Source: a virus
Taxonomy: Duplodnaviria; Heunggongvirae; Uroviricota; Caudoviricetes
Strand: one strand, 5' to 3'
Virus record (IMG/VR): IMGVR_UViG_2531839473_000007
Length of the DNA: 5,878 bases
Part shown: positions 4,988-5,878 of the stretch, piece after piece
Position numbering within the stretch: the stretch's first letter is position 1
How the letters are laid out: each line of letters opens with the position of its first letter
Notes under the pieces: generated by a model
The model's input: the letters and a program-made list of their open reading frames with translations, nothing else
Told to the model about the DNA's origin: nothing
Database searches by the model: none
Made by a program: the position numbers and the translations under genes

Positions 4988-5878
4988 TGAGCTTCCGTCT
5001 GTACCAGCACCACTGCACACCGTTCATCCTGGATGTGGATATCGCCAGCGGACTGTCTGACCTGACGGCGGAGGATTTTCTGGAGAAAAGCGCGGTGCTG
5101 ACGGTCTGGCAGGGCGACACTGCACAGCGTTACGTCAGCGGTATCGTGACGGAGGTGCAGCTCGGTGAGAACAACGACTGGCAGATGCGTTATTCCCTGA
5201 GCATCAGCCCGCCGCTGTGGCGGGCAGGGTTACGGCAGAACTTCCGTATCTTCCAGCAGCAGGACATCGGGACGATATCAGCACAGCTTCTTGAAGAGAA
5301 CGGGGTGACGGCGTGGATGCCGCTGTTCTATGAGGCGCACCCGGCGCGGGAGTTCTGCGTGCAGTACGGGGAGAGCGACCTGGCGTTCCTGACCCGGCTG
5401 TGGGCGGAGGAAGGTATCTTCTTTTATGAGCGCTGCAGTCAGGAAGGGCCGGAACAGAAGCTGGCGGTGTGTGATGACGTGGCGGGGCTGACGGGAATGG
5501 GGGCGCTGGCGTTTAACCCGGACACGACGACCGGGGGAACGACGGAGTACATCAGCGAGTTTCGTTACCGTGCGCAGATAAGCGTGGCGTCGGTGGAGAC
5601 GCAGGATTATACGTTCAAAACGCCGGGGTGGCCGGGGTACTACAGCCATGCCGGGGAGAGCCTGAACGGGCAGGGAACGCAGTACGAGATATTTGATTAT
5701 CCGGGGCGTTTCAAGGATGAGCAGCACGGCCAGGACTTTGCGCGTTACCAGACGGAAGGGTGGCGGAACGGGGCGGAGACGGCGAGCGGGGTGTGTAACA
5801 CGGCGCGACTGTGGCCGGGAACGCGGTTCCGGCTGACGGGCCATCCCTCAGGGACGCTGAACCGGGAATGGCAGGTTG
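4921..5878 (+). CDS. vgrG: T6SS spike protein VgrG (vgrG2), N-terminal about 319 codons; 3' end beyond the window.
   Basis: Open frame from ATG 4921 to the window end with no stop (translated by hand). Begins MSSEGLRFTLSVDGIVEMATAVVSFRLYQ and continues with VgrG core motifs (TFKTPGWPGYY, FKDEQHGQDFARYQTEGWRNGAETASG). Strong Shine-Dalgarno AAGGGAGG. Confidence 0.92.
   Translation, partial: MSSEGLRFTLSVDGIVEMATAVVSFRLYQHHCTPFILDVDIASGLSDLTAEDFLEKSAVLTVWQGDTAQRYVSGIVTEVQLGENNDWQMRYSLSISPPLWRAGLRQNFRIFQQQDIGTISAQLLEENGVTAWMPLFYEAHPAREFCVQYGESDLAFLTRLWAEEGIFFYERCSQEGPEQKLAVCDDVAGLTGMGALAFNPDTTTGGTTEYISEFRYRAQISVASVETQDYTFKTPGWPGYYSHAGESLNGQGTQYEIFDYPGRFKDEQHGQDFARYQTEGWRNGAETASGVCNTARLWPGTRFRLTGHPSGTLNREWQV

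Noticed and set aside
3242-5844. Minus-strand ORFs 3242-3493, 3659-4003, 4917-5120, 5278-5844 and plus-strand ORF 4872-5060
   Set aside because: They overlap the well-supported PAAR, effector and vgrG2 genes on the opposite strand or in an alternative frame, and have no motifs or translation signals; treated as spurious.
1-5878. CRISPR arrays, tRNA or rRNA genes, transposase or integrase genes
   Set aside because: No regularly spaced repeats, no tRNA-like cloverleaf candidates and no transposase or integrase-like ORFs were seen; mobility here appears to be recombination between vgrG homology blocks rather than a classical mobile element.

Overview
This window is a type VI secretion (T6SS) vgrG island of Enterobacteriaceae-like character, with all genes on the + strand. 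In order: the 3' ~630 codons of a GC-rich vgrG (vgrG1, ending 1930) carrying an acidic linker and an AT-rich C-terminal domain of unknown function; an AT-rich cassette with a Tae4-like amidase effector gene split by an in-frame TAA (2096-2662) and a signal-peptide immunity candidate (2662-3096); a stand-alone PAAR gene (3332-3616); a chimeric effector (3637-4398) whose first 23 codons and RBS copy the vgrG 5' end, followed by half a peptidoglycan-binding motif and an M23/LytM-like domain; a second signal-peptide immunity candidate (4418-4882); and the 5' ~319 codons of a second vgrG (vgrG2, from 4921, running off the window). The main signals are marks of recombination and decay: a 1-bp frameshift near the 5' end of vgrG1, a nonsense codon in the tae4-like gene, a ~90 bp direct repeat of the vgrG start, and sharp GC-content mosaicism. 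All family assignments rest on reading motifs by eye and on recalled family signatures; no database search was run.
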